Shown: positions 28,889 to 37,192, counted from the first letter of the stretch. The stretch is DNA of 44,352 nt from a virus (IMGVR_UViG_3300044477_000154:1-44352); one strand, 5' to 3'. Program-made: numbers and translations. Notes: generated by a model not told the origin, from the letters alone.

Positions 28889-29712
28889 GCCTTGTCAGCG
28901 ATATAAAGCAAACAGCGCAAGGGAAAGGCCTGTCTGTGGCGAATGCAAAAGTACAGAAAATTGAGGGCATTTTGAATCAGGCGTTTTACGCTTCAAAAAA
29001 TCCGGAAGAGGAACTGAAATTTTTGAAGCGTATGTTGACAAAAGGCGCTCACAACGAGGAGCGTGTCGGACTGCATGCGAGCGCTTTGATTGCAGGAGAG
29101 GCGGAGTATTGCGCTCGTCAACAGCTTCTCAGCTTGTATTACAAAATGGAGCAGGGCGAAAACGTTCCAATCGGCTTGAAGCGCATATTTGAGGAGGGCA
29201 ATGCCATTCACGAAAAGTGGCAAAGGCTATTCATCAGAGCAGGGCTGGGGACAGCGAAAGACATGGATTTCACACAGTATGATGACCGGTTTGGCTTCAC
29301 GATAAGCTTCACGCCTGACGCAATTTTGGGCATTGAGGACGAATCGATGGTGACGGAAATTAAGAGTGTAAACACATATCAATTCTCGAAGCTGACGAAT
29401 CACGCCAGCGGCGAAAAACAAGCTCATTTTTACATGTACGAGACAGGAATTCATAAAGGCCTTGTTTTGTGTGATGACAAAAACAATCAGGATTTTAAGG
29501 TTTTTCTGCTGGATTATAATCGCGATATCGTTGCGCCATTCGTTGAGCGCTTGGACGCTCTGAAATACAGCAGGAAGCGCCTTGTTCGGGATGGGAAGAT
29601 GATTGCACGTCGTAATGATTGCAACAGCTACACATGCAAAAAGGCGCTAAAATGCCCTATGAGGGACGCATGCTACAATCGAGGAAAAGGACGTGTTTTG
29701 ATTGAAGCCTGA
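28885..29712 (+). CDS. Cas4-like PD-(D/E)XK exonuclease with Cys cluster
   Basis: HASAL...CARQ, GNAIHE, TPDAI...EIKS, Q..FY, C-terminal C..C..CP...C. Confidence 0.75.
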   Translation: MSLVSDIKQTAQGKGLSVANAKVQKIEGILNQAFYASKNPEEELKFLKRMLTKGAHNEERVGLHASALIAGEAEYCARQQLLSLYYKMEQGENVPIGLKRIFEEGNAIHEKWQRLFIRAGLGTAKDMDFTQYDDRFGFTISFTPDAILGIEDESMVTEIKSVNTYQFSKLTNHASGEKQAHFYMYETGIHKGLVLCDDKNNQDFKVFLLDYNRDIVAPFVERLDALKYSRKRLVRDGKMIARRNDCNSYTCKKALKCPMRDACYNRGKGRVLIEA

Positions 29713-30325
29713 TTACAAATATAAAAAGATTGTTATCGGCGTCGACCAAAGCTACACAAACACGGGTTTGGCGGTCATTGCGGATGGCACAGTTGTGAAA
29801 GCGCTTCTTGTGCCATTCTCAAGCGCTCAGAATAAGCCTGAGAAGCGCATTGCGGTTGCGCGATACATTGCGGACATTGTTGAAAGAGCGCTCACAATGG
29901 CACCCAAGGTCATCGTGGTGTGCGAACAAATACGAGCATTTAAGGGAAGCAGTTTATCGCTTGAATATGTGGCTACGACAGGCGCATTGGTGGGAACAAT
30001 CGTTGACAGGTGTTTTCTGCTGGGCGTTCCAGTTTACTCAGTGGACACACGGGTCTGGAAAGCAAGGATTGTCGGAACATGCAAGCCTGACGCCAGAAAT
30101 TGCCCGCCATGCGTAGAGCCACAAAAATGGCCAACCATAAAGTTTATACTAAAAAGAACAGATGTGAAAAAGAGCTGGATAACGGCACCAGTCACAAAAC
30201 GTTCCAAAAAGTATGATTTGATGTATAAGAATGAGCGGTGCAGATATTTGGATGACGTGGCGGACGCAATTTGCATTGGACTATATGGCAACGAAAAAGG
30301 CAGAAACATGCACAAAGAATGGTAA
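29702..30325 (+). CDS. RuvC-like Holliday junction resolvase
   Basis: IGVDQSYTNTGLA, VVCEQ, WK, DDVADAICIG. Confidence 0.8.
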   Translation: MKPDYKYKKIVIGVDQSYTNTGLAVIADGTVVKALLVPFSSAQNKPEKRIAVARYIADIVERALTMAPKVIVVCEQIRAFKGSSLSLEYVATTGALVGTIVDRCFLLGVPVYSVDTRVWKARIVGTCKPDARNCPPCVEPQKWPTIKFILKRTDVKKSWITAPVTKRSKKYDLMYKNERCRYLDDVADAICIGLYGNEKGRNMHKEW

Positions 30326-30331
30326 AAAAAT

Positions 30332-30402
30332 ATATGACAAAATGGGAGGACGACGTTCTGAACATCAGTCAAATGTTCTGGGAACATCCCATTTTGTCAT
30401 AT
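30332..30402. repeat. Long inverted repeat (16-bp perfect arms plus inner stems) next to an AT-rich tract
   Basis: ATATGACAAAATGGGA (30332-47) and TCCCATTTTGTCATAT (30387-402). Confidence 0.9.
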
Positions 30403-30492
30403 GCTTTATACCTTAATACATTAGTTAATATAACATAATGTAATGCATGTTTTACACATCAAAAAAATATTTCAACTTTTTTCAAAAAACTA

Positions 30493-30521
30493 TTTACATT
30501 TGCATTCATTCGTGCTAAGAT
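30493..30521 (+). promoter_or_regulatory. sigmaA-like promoter P4 (TTTACA-17-TAAGAT)
   Basis: Recurring motif. Confidence 0.75.
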
Positions 30522-30563
30522 GTTCTCGTACCCAAGAAAAACAGTATTTGGAGGATGTTAAAA

Positions 30564-31391
30564 ATGGCAATCAAAACAACACAAAACGCAAACGCAACGA
30601 CAAGGGAATTCACATCAATAAACGAGTTTGTGCAATACATTAAGACAACACCGGTGAACAAGGTTTTCGCAGGCGACAAGATTAAGAAGTCCCACAGGGC
30701 GGACGATTCCGAGGGCTGGATTGGGACATCATGCTACACAGAAGCGGTGAATCTTATGGAGCATGGCTGGGATAAGGGAGCGCTCAGACTGAATGAAGCG
30801 CTGAAAAAAGAGCTCAAAAAGATATCGCAAGACAAATATATGCGCAGAATGTTTTTTGATGTTGTTGGCTTCACACCCTGCGTTCCTCGTTATATTCAGG
30901 GCATTCCGGAAAACATGGCGAATCAGAAAAAAGTGGTCATGAAGCAAAAAATCATCACAATCAATAAGGACGTTTCTTTTAATGGGTGGTATTCGGCGGA
31001 GGATATTATTAGATATTCAGCGAATGCGCTTGCAGTTGTTAAAAAACTTGAGGACGAGGGTTATCGCGTAAACTTAAACATTATATTTGGGAGCAGGGAC
31101 AGCTCCAGCGGATACAAACACATCGCAAAGATTCGCATAAAGAATGCAAGCGAAAGATTTTCAGTTTCCAAGATGGCGTTTTTGATGGCCCATCCGAGCA
31201 TGCTCCGCCGGTTCTTATTTAATTACATTGAAGTTGTTCCGGAAGCTGGCTACGGTTTACACAGCGGATATGGTTTTGCCCTCCGCAGAGAAGAGCTTTT
31301 GCAATACGTTCCGGCGGGCGAGATTGTTATGCTGAGAGATATAAAAGACACAACGGATGAGACCATCGCAAAAGTTTTTGAAAATAAATAA
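30564..31391 (+). CDS. Divergent VWA-like protein, probable partner of the adjacent AAA ATPase
   Basis: DVVG..PCVPRYIQGIPENM and MAHPSMLRR patterns; adjacent to a MoxR-type ATPase. Confidence 0.6.
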   Translation: MAIKTTQNANATTREFTSINEFVQYIKTTPVNKVFAGDKIKKSHRADDSEGWIGTSCYTEAVNLMEHGWDKGALRLNEALKKELKKISQDKYMRRMFFDVVGFTPCVPRYIQGIPENMANQKKVVMKQKIITINKDVSFNGWYSAEDIIRYSANALAVVKKLEDEGYRVNLNIIFGSRDSSSGYKHIAKIRIKNASERFSVSKMAFLMAHPSMLRRFLFNYIEVVPEAGYGLHSGYGFALRREELLQYVPAGEIVMLRDIKDTTDETIAKVFENK

Positions 31392-31410
31392 AAAAAGTTT
31401 AAAAAAAAGC

Positions 31411-31439
31411 TTGCATTTTCGATTATTTCGTGTTAAGAT
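31411..31439 (+). promoter_or_regulatory. sigmaA-like promoter P5 (TTGCAT-17-TAAGAT)
   Basis: Recurring motif with A-tract and CGTGT. Confidence 0.65.
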
Positions 31440-31493
31440 ACTATCATACCACAGGAAAACATTGTTTTGATAAACGAAAGGAAGCGCACGAAA

Positions 31494-32609
31494 ATGGAAA
31501 AAATCATCACATCTATCACGAAGTCTTACAAATTTGACGGCTATTTGTTTGTTAAGGTAGCAGAAAACGGCACGGAGAAGCAATACAAGCGCAAGGCATA
31601 TACGAGAACATTCGGACAGTTTAAAGGCAAAACGTTATTTTTCTTGGACGACGATGTGTTCGCTTTTGATTCAAAAATTACTGAGTGGGAGAAAGGTGTG
31701 CAGTTCACACCGGAGCAATACGAAATAAAAAATCTGGGCACGTATGCAGAAGTTTTTAAGAAAAATCCATCTGAAGCTAAAATTCCAGAAGCAGATACAC
31801 AGCCCGCTCCAATGCCGGTTCCGGAAGAGAAAAAATTTGTTTATAAAGAGAGCGGCGAAGTGTTCCACGAAAAGTTTGAGTTGATTAAGACCTGCATAGG
31901 CGAGAACGTTCCAGTTTATTTGGCGGGCCCTGCAGGCTCCGGAAAGAATCACACGCTGGAGCAAGCGGCGAAGGTTTTAGGTTTAGAATTTTACTTCACA
32001 AACAGCGTTCAGCAGGAATACAAAATCACAGGTTTTATTGACGCCGGTGGCGTGTTCCACGAGACAGAGTTTTACAAAGCATTTACACAAGGCGGGTTAT
32101 TTTTCTTAGACGAAATGGACGCTTCAATCCCCGAAGTTTTGGTTCTGCTCAATGCGGCGATTGCAAACAAGTATTTTGAGTTCCCGAACGGTAAGATTAC
32201 GGCTCACGAGGATTTCAGGGTTGTAGCGGCGGGCAATACAGTGGGAAGCGGCGCTGATGAGCTTTACACAGGAAGAATGGTTCTGGACATGGCGACGCTT
32301 GACAGGTTTGTCATCATCGAGTTTGGATACAGCGAGAAAATAGAGATTTCGCTTGCAAAAGGTAACATGGAGCTGGTTGAGTTTGTCAGAGCGCTCCGCA
32401 AATATGCAAGCGATAACGGAATCAGGACAACGTTTTCTTATAGGTGCATAATTACAATGATGAAGCTGGAGAGCGCCGTTGACCTTAAAGAAGTGTTAAA
32501 AATAGCAGTTTTCAAAGGATTGGACAACGATACAATAAAGACCTTTAAGCTGTACAACATGGACGAAAATCGTTACAATAAAGCATTCCAACAGCTTCTC
32601 AAAGCTTAG
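31494..32609 (+). CDS. MoxR/CobS-like AAA+ ATPase
   Basis: GPAGSGKN, FFLDEMD, AAGNT, ATLDRF. Confidence 0.88.
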   Translation: MEKIITSITKSYKFDGYLFVKVAENGTEKQYKRKAYTRTFGQFKGKTLFFLDDDVFAFDSKITEWEKGVQFTPEQYEIKNLGTYAEVFKKNPSEAKIPEADTQPAPMPVPEEKKFVYKESGEVFHEKFELIKTCIGENVPVYLAGPAGSGKNHTLEQAAKVLGLEFYFTNSVQQEYKITGFIDAGGVFHETEFYKAFTQGGLFFLDEMDASIPEVLVLLNAAIANKYFEFPNGKITAHEDFRVVAAGNTVGSGADELYTGRMVLDMATLDRFVIIEFGYSEKIEISLAKGNMELVEFVRALRKYASDNGIRTTFSYRCIITMMKLESAVDLKEVLKIAVFKGLDNDTIKTFKLYNMDENRYNKAFQQLLKA

Positions 32610-32617
32610 GAATAAAA

Positions 32618-32668
32618 AGGCCGCCGGCGGCCTCCTCCGCCGGTTGCCCGAAGCAAGGGGGCGGCAAC
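32618..32668. other. GC-rich structured intergenic element (16-bp palindrome plus competing hairpins)
   Basis: AGGCCGCCGGCGGCCT palindrome; CCGGCGG/CCGCCGG and GTTGCC/GGCAAC stems. Confidence 0.6.
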
Positions 32669-32989
32669 ATGTTTTTTGACAATCCGTACTTTACACCATA
32701 CGAAAAAATCTGTCTGCTGGAGCGCTGGATTCTTGTTCATTCATATATATACTATACATTAGACGACAATCTGGTCAGCGACAACGTGTATGACAAGAAC
32801 ACGAGACAGCTTGCAAAGCTTCTTAAGATGTTTCCCAAAAGCGCAAATGCGGCGACCTATTCAAAAGCGTTTTCAGGATACGACGGCGGGTCAGGATTTA
32901 ATTTGTTAAACAATTTGACTGAGGAGGAATTGCGCTGGATAAAGGTTCATGCAACATTCGCATTGAGCGCAAAGACGAAAGGAATTTGA
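32669..32989 (+). CDS. Stand-alone NAD+-dependent ligase domain Ia-like protein (Nlig-Ia)
   Basis: HSYIYYTLDDNLVSDNVYD...L resembles LigA Ia H..YY..D.P.ISD..YD; no ligase core. Confidence 0.75.
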   Translation: MFFDNPYFTPYEKICLLERWILVHSYIYYTLDDNLVSDNVYDKNTRQLAKLLKMFPKSANAATYSKAFSGYDGGSGFNLLNNLTEEELRWIKVHATFALSAKTKGI

Positions 32990-33018
32990 TTTAGAGTTGA
33001 GGCTCGGAAAGGTAAAAG

Positions 33019-34077
33019 ATGAAGATTTTAGCGTGTTGCGGTCTTGCGACTGCAGATTATCAGGGTGTAATATTTGGCGCTTTTTTTCACGAATTACAGC
33101 GCATGACAAATAAGGGGTGTGATGTCACATACATTGTAACTTCTGAAACAATGCGCAAAAGACAGCAAAAGATGATTGATAAAGGCGGATACACTTTCAG
33201 CGTTCGTGTTGTAAATGTTTTGGACTTTGACAAAGAAAGCAAAGTTTTCAGCGTAAATGAGCGCAGGGAAGCAGTATTGATTGATAAGCATTTTGACATG
33301 CTGTATCTATATGGGTGTATGAGCTTCGTCAATCCTAAGGCGCTCAGAGAGCTTGTAGAGCAAAGGAAAGAGCGCATATCATACAACAGCATTGCGACAA
33401 ACATCGAAAAAGTGTTTACGATTATAAATTTGGCAGTGACGCAGAATATACCGATTGTCCACAATATAGTTTATTGGCTGGAGCCAAATTTGGTTGACGT
33501 GTTTGAGGGCATACGTTGCAAGAGGATAAGCATTTACGCAAATGAGAAAAAAGGTATTGTGAACAGCAATTTTTACGAGAGATATATTTCAGCAACATTC
33601 AAGCCAGAGCGCAAACAATGCAAATTTATATTTGGTTATACAGTTTCGATGGTTACGAGAAAATACCTGTCTGATATGATAAGCAAGTATTATGAGGCAG
33701 ACGGTTTTATGATTTGCGGAAAAGACAAGTTCACAGGTTTGAATGAGTTGTGTGACCAATTTGATTATATAAAACTTTGCGCCAAATCAGAGTTCAGCTT
33801 CATTGCTCCGGCTTATTGTTTGGAAGAGTTTTCGTATCAGCGCTTCATCGAATGTGCATGTGTAGATTGTATTCCAATCATATGGGATAATTGCAACATG
33901 AAATTCGCGGCAGAAAATGGCCTAAACGATTTAATTCAGTTTTATAAACTCAACAATCTATTTTATAATGAAAGCGTGGATTTGGATAAGTTTGTAAATT
34001 CCTTAGATTATGATAAGCTGATTAAAGAATTCAATGAGCTAAGAACAATCAAGCGCATGAAAAAAGGTTGCTGTTGA
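33019..34077 (+). CDS. Putative GT-B glycosyltransferase (T4 beta-glucosyltransferase-like C-terminal pattern)
   Basis: FIFGYT...R, YIKLCAKSEFSFIAPAY...FSYQRFIECACVDCIPII; size about 350 aa. Confidence 0.6.
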   Translation: MKILACCGLATADYQGVIFGAFFHELQRMTNKGCDVTYIVTSETMRKRQQKMIDKGGYTFSVRVVNVLDFDKESKVFSVNERREAVLIDKHFDMLYLYGCMSFVNPKALRELVEQRKERISYNSIATNIEKVFTIINLAVTQNIPIVHNIVYWLEPNLVDVFEGIRCKRISIYANEKKGIVNSNFYERYISATFKPERKQCKFIFGYTVSMVTRKYLSDMISKYYEADGFMICGKDKFTGLNELCDQFDYIKLCAKSEFSFIAPAYCLEEFSYQRFIECACVDCIPIIWDNCNMKFAAENGLNDLIQFYKLNNLFYNESVDLDKFVNSLDYDKLIKEFNELRTIKRMKKGCC

Positions 34078-34078
34078 A

Positions 34079-34546
34079 ATGGAAAAACGCTCTACGAGAT
34101 GGTACAGGAAAAACGAATGTAAAGTGATGAGGATTTTGGGGCTTGAGCCAACGAAAAACTCAGGAGCGGGCTGGATAGAAAAGGAGGATGGTCAAAGCGA
34201 GTTTGTCATCGCACAGCTAAAAAGCACGGATAAAGACAGTATGCAAATAAGACTGAAAGACTTCACCACGCTGGAATATAATGCGACAATATCCCACAAA
34301 ATACCAATATTTGTGATTCAGTTTATAAAGGACGATGATGTGTATATTTTGGCAAGACCTGCAGACATTCCGGAGCTTGCACAGCTTATAGAGACAGGCG
34401 TGTGCAGTCCAAATAAATTGGAATTTGTGCCAACACAAAAGCGCAAACAAACAAAAACAAAAGCGGAAAGCAATCTGGAAGCAAGAAAACAATTTTATGA
34501 AGAGGAGTCAAAAAAATGGAACAGAAAATCAAAACAACGGTCGTAG
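34079..34546 (+). CDS. PD-(D/E)XK nuclease, archaeal-type resolvase-like
   Basis: E...NSGAG..EKEDG....IAQLKST. Confidence 0.6.
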   Translation: MEKRSTRWYRKNECKVMRILGLEPTKNSGAGWIEKEDGQSEFVIAQLKSTDKDSMQIRLKDFTTLEYNATISHKIPIFVIQFIKDDDVYILARPADIPELAQLIETGVCSPNKLEFVPTQKRKQTKTKAESNLEARKQFYEEESKKWNRKSKQRS

Positions 34547-34899
34547 GTACTTACAACGGACATTCCGTCCGGCAGAATCAAAATCTGGATATTGCGCTCA
34601 AATGCAGATACGACGAGATGGAAAATTACATCAAGATGATTCAGTTTTTGAACGTGGATACGACAATCGCGGCAAAATTGCCGGATGAAGCTCCAATGAA
34701 GCTCGGAACATTTCGCGTCAAGGAAATTAAGATTGACAATGACGGCGAGGGGCAATTAAAATTCACGACGCTTTGCGACTATGCGGACACAGACAATATA
34801 AATAAGTTAATTGGCACGGAGGCCGCAAAGTTCCAGTTCAGCGCAATGGTTGAAATTGAGGAAGACAATGAGCCGGAATTTCCGGAGGAGGACGTTTAA
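34516..34899 (+). CDS. Hypothetical protein
   Basis: GAGGAG RBS. Confidence 0.7.
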   Translation: MEQKIKTTVVGTYNGHSVRQNQNLDIALKCRYDEMENYIKMIQFLNVDTTIAAKLPDEAPMKLGTFRVKEIKIDNDGEGQLKFTTLCDYADTDNINKLIGTEAAKFQFSAMVEIEEDNEPEFPEEDV

Positions 34900-35082
34900 A
34901 TGGCAACAGCGGCAGGAATTACACTTCTATTGATTGTTCTTGTTATTGTGGTTGTGTTTATATCTTGTTCAAGCGCAATAACACGCCCGGAAACAAACAG
35001 CGCCACAAGGTCAATTCTGATTATATTTGCACTGGGTATTTTGGCGCTGGCGTTTAGGGTTTTAGTTTTCCTGATGAAATAA
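34900..35082 (+). CDS. Small protein with two TM segments
   Basis: GGAGGA RBS; two hydrophobic stretches. Confidence 0.65.
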   Translation: MATAAGITLLLIVLVIVVVFISCSSAITRPETNSATRSILIIFALGILALAFRVLVFLMK

Positions 35083-35114
35083 GAAAATAATTCAAAAAAA
35101 CTTCGAAAAAAAGC

Positions 35115-35143
35115 TTTACAAATTCAGCGAATCGTGTTAAGAT
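35115..35143 (+). promoter_or_regulatory. sigmaA-like promoter P6 (TTTACA-17-TAAGAT)
   Basis: Recurring motif. Confidence 0.78.
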
Positions 35144-35203
35144 GTTCTCAGGTCCAAAGTTGGGCTGAAAATAAAAACAAAAATGAAAGCGAGGAAAAAT
35201 CAA

Positions 35204-35869
35204 ATGGCAAAGAATTGGAGAGTTGCGGAAGCAATCGAAGCGATTCAAAAAGGGGACAAGGAAGCCACGCAGGACATCGGCAGGAGATTTCCACTGTTTG
35301 CAATCAATGCGGCACAGGTGAACAAAGCAGGGCTTGAAATTGCGAAATGTTTGCCGGATTACATTACTGCACGCAGAGTCGAAAGTGTTTTAAAGGGAGA
35401 CGTTGAAAGCACTGAAGACACGGATGAAGATGAAGCTCCGGCGCCTGCACCGACGAAAAAGGACAAAAAGCCCGCTCCGGCACCTGAGGTCGTAAAGGGC
35501 AAAAAGCAAAAGCCCGCTCCGGTTGAGGACGACGATGACGAAGACGACGATGACGAAGACGAAGATGACGATGACGACGAAGACGAAGCGCCGCCGCCCA
35601 AAAAGAAGAGCAAGCCGGCACCTGAGCCTGTTCCCGCTCCGAAAAAGAAAAAGCCCGCACCGGTCGAGGATGACGATGAGGACGAAGAAGACGATGACGA
35701 GGACGAAGACGAGGACGAGGATGAAGAGCCCGCTCCCAAAAAGAGCAAGAAAAGCGCTCCCCCGCCTCCGGCAAAAAAAGGCGGCAAATCAAGCAAAGCT
35801 CCGGAGCCCGTCAAAAAAGGCAAAAAGTCCAAAAAGGACGATGATGACGACGAGGATTGGGATATCTAA
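35204..35869 (+). CDS. Protein with ~65-aa folded N-terminus and long alternating poly-D/E and K/P-rich disordered tail
   Basis: GAGGA RBS; repeats of KKxKPAPVEDDD...; ends DDEDWDI. Confidence 0.8.
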   Translation: MAKNWRVAEAIEAIQKGDKEATQDIGRRFPLFAINAAQVNKAGLEIAKCLPDYITARRVESVLKGDVESTEDTDEDEAPAPAPTKKDKKPAPAPEVVKGKKQKPAPVEDDDDEDDDDEDEDDDDDEDEAPPPKKKSKPAPEPVPAPKKKKPAPVEDDDEDEEDDDEDEDEDEDEEPAPKKSKKSAPPPPAKKGGKSSKAPEPVKKGKKSKKDDDDDEDWDI

Positions 35870-35875
35870 TCCGCA

Positions 35876-35921
35876 ACGGGGGCCGGGGGAAAATGTACTC
35901 CGGTCCCTGTTTCCGTATTTT
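35876..35921 (+). terminator. Hairpin, probable terminator
   Basis: ACGGGGGCCGGGG / CTCCGGTCCCTGT stem with an interrupted T-tract. Confidence 0.55.
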
Positions 35922-35937
35922 AGAGGAGGTCAGTTTT

Positions 35938-36297
35938 ATGAAGTTAAAAGACATTTTGATAAAGCAAATAATCACGGACGAGGACAAACGGCTGATAGAT
36001 TCATGGGTGAGGAAAATTCCTCACGTTGCGCAAAACGTTGCGGTTGACGAGGAAGTCAGCATTCATTTATTGGATAAGATACTATGGGCGCAACAAAGAA
36101 AATATGGTTATCAGGTTCAATATGTTATGGTATCCTCAGTGAAAGATATCGAAGCGAGCAAGCGGATTCCGGTTTATACTGCAAGCGTTAAAAACAAGAA
36201 TCAGGAATGGCTTGGTCCAGTATACGGCACCACAATATATGAAACGTTCCAGAAGCTGGCGTTGTTTATGTATGCAAAAAGCAGGGAAGAGCAATGA
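35938..36297 (+). CDS. Hypothetical protein
   Basis: GAGGAGGT RBS. Confidence 0.7.
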   Translation: MKLKDILIKQIITDEDKRLIDSWVRKIPHVAQNVAVDEEVSIHLLDKILWAQQRKYGYQVQYVMVSSVKDIEASKRIPVYTASVKNKNQEWLGPVYGTTIYETFQKLALFMYAKSREEQ

Positions 36298-36752
36298 AAA
36301 AAATCGTGATTTATACCGATGGCGCATGCAAAAACAATCCCGGCGCAGGCGGTTGGGCGGCGATACTGTTATTTGACAGAGAGGGAAAGCAGGAAAAAAT
36401 CGTTTGCGGCGGGCAAGCTTTGACCACTAACAACGAGATGGAGCTTATGGCGGCCCTGAGAGGCCTGTGTGAAGCTTTAAAGCATTCTCCGGATAAAGTT
36501 ACAATCAAATCAGACAGCGCCTACGTGGTCAATTCTGTCAATCTGGGATGGCTTGCAAAGTGGAAGCGCAACGACTGGATGACAAAAGCGGACGAGCTGG
36601 TCAAAAACAAAATTTTGTGGGGCGCATTGGACAGAGCAATGGCAGAGACAGAAGTTGAATTCGTAAAAATCAAAGGGCATTCCGGTGACCATTACAACGA
36701 GCGAGCGGACAAAATCGCGCAAGAAAAATGTTTGGTTAAACACAGTAATTGA
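36294..36752 (+). CDS. rnhA: Ribonuclease HI
   Basis: IYTDGACKNNPGAGGW, TTNNEMELMA, SDSAYV, VKN..LW, KGHSG..YNERAD. Confidence 0.95.
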   Translation: MKKIVIYTDGACKNNPGAGGWAAILLFDREGKQEKIVCGGQALTTNNEMELMAALRGLCEALKHSPDKVTIKSDSAYVVNSVNLGWLAKWKRNDWMTKADELVKNKILWGALDRAMAETEVEFVKIKGHSGDHYNERADKIAQEKCLVKHSN

Positions 36753-36764
36753 AAGGAATTTATC

Positions 36765-37148
36765 ATGAAAATCATTTCCAAAATTTCAGCGACGATTCCA
36801 GCGTTCACAGCGGACACGAAAAAAGAAGCGTATTTGGCCGCCTGCAAATGGGTTGCGAACAATATTCTTGCATGCAAAAACACAGATATTGAAGTTGGCA
36901 ATATAACTTGGAATATACAGTTTGACAAGTTGAGCGATTTTCCAAAATGTGTTCTTACGGTTTATTATGTTTTTGATGAATCCGGAACGTGGGAAAGCCG
37001 GTGCAAAGCTTGCAAGGAATTTCACTGTTCGTTTTTCATCAATGAAGCGTATGATTGCAAGAGTTGCAAGTCAGCAGGATACAGGGCTGAAATGAATCAA
37101 AAAACAATCAACAATGCGAAATATTATCAAGAAAAATTAGATATTTGA
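36765..37148 (+). CDS. Hypothetical protein with two CxxC motifs
   Basis: CKACKEFH...CKSC. Confidence 0.65.
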   Translation: MKIISKISATIPAFTADTKKEAYLAACKWVANNILACKNTDIEVGNITWNIQFDKLSDFPKCVLTVYYVFDESGTWESRCKACKEFHCSFFINEAYDCKSCKSAGYRAEMNQKTINNAKYYQEKLDI

Positions 37149-37192
37149 GCGCCTGCAATGTGATAAATGTTGTAGGCGTTAAGGAGGAAAAA

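Noticed and set aside
28885-29712. CRISPR-Cas system suggested by the Cas4-like gene
   Set aside because: No repeat-spacer array or other cas genes seen; solo Cas4-like nucleases are common in phage recombination modules
32669-32989. Functional DNA ligase or ligase pseudogene
   Set aside because: Only the Ia motif is present, the ORF is intact with an RBS, and no adenylation-domain remnants are seen nearby
35359-36047. Poly-Ser and Thr/Met/Arg-rich alternative ORFs and GAYGAN repeats (also 20430-20760) as an array or separate genes
   Set aside because: They are alternative frames of Asp/Glu codon runs
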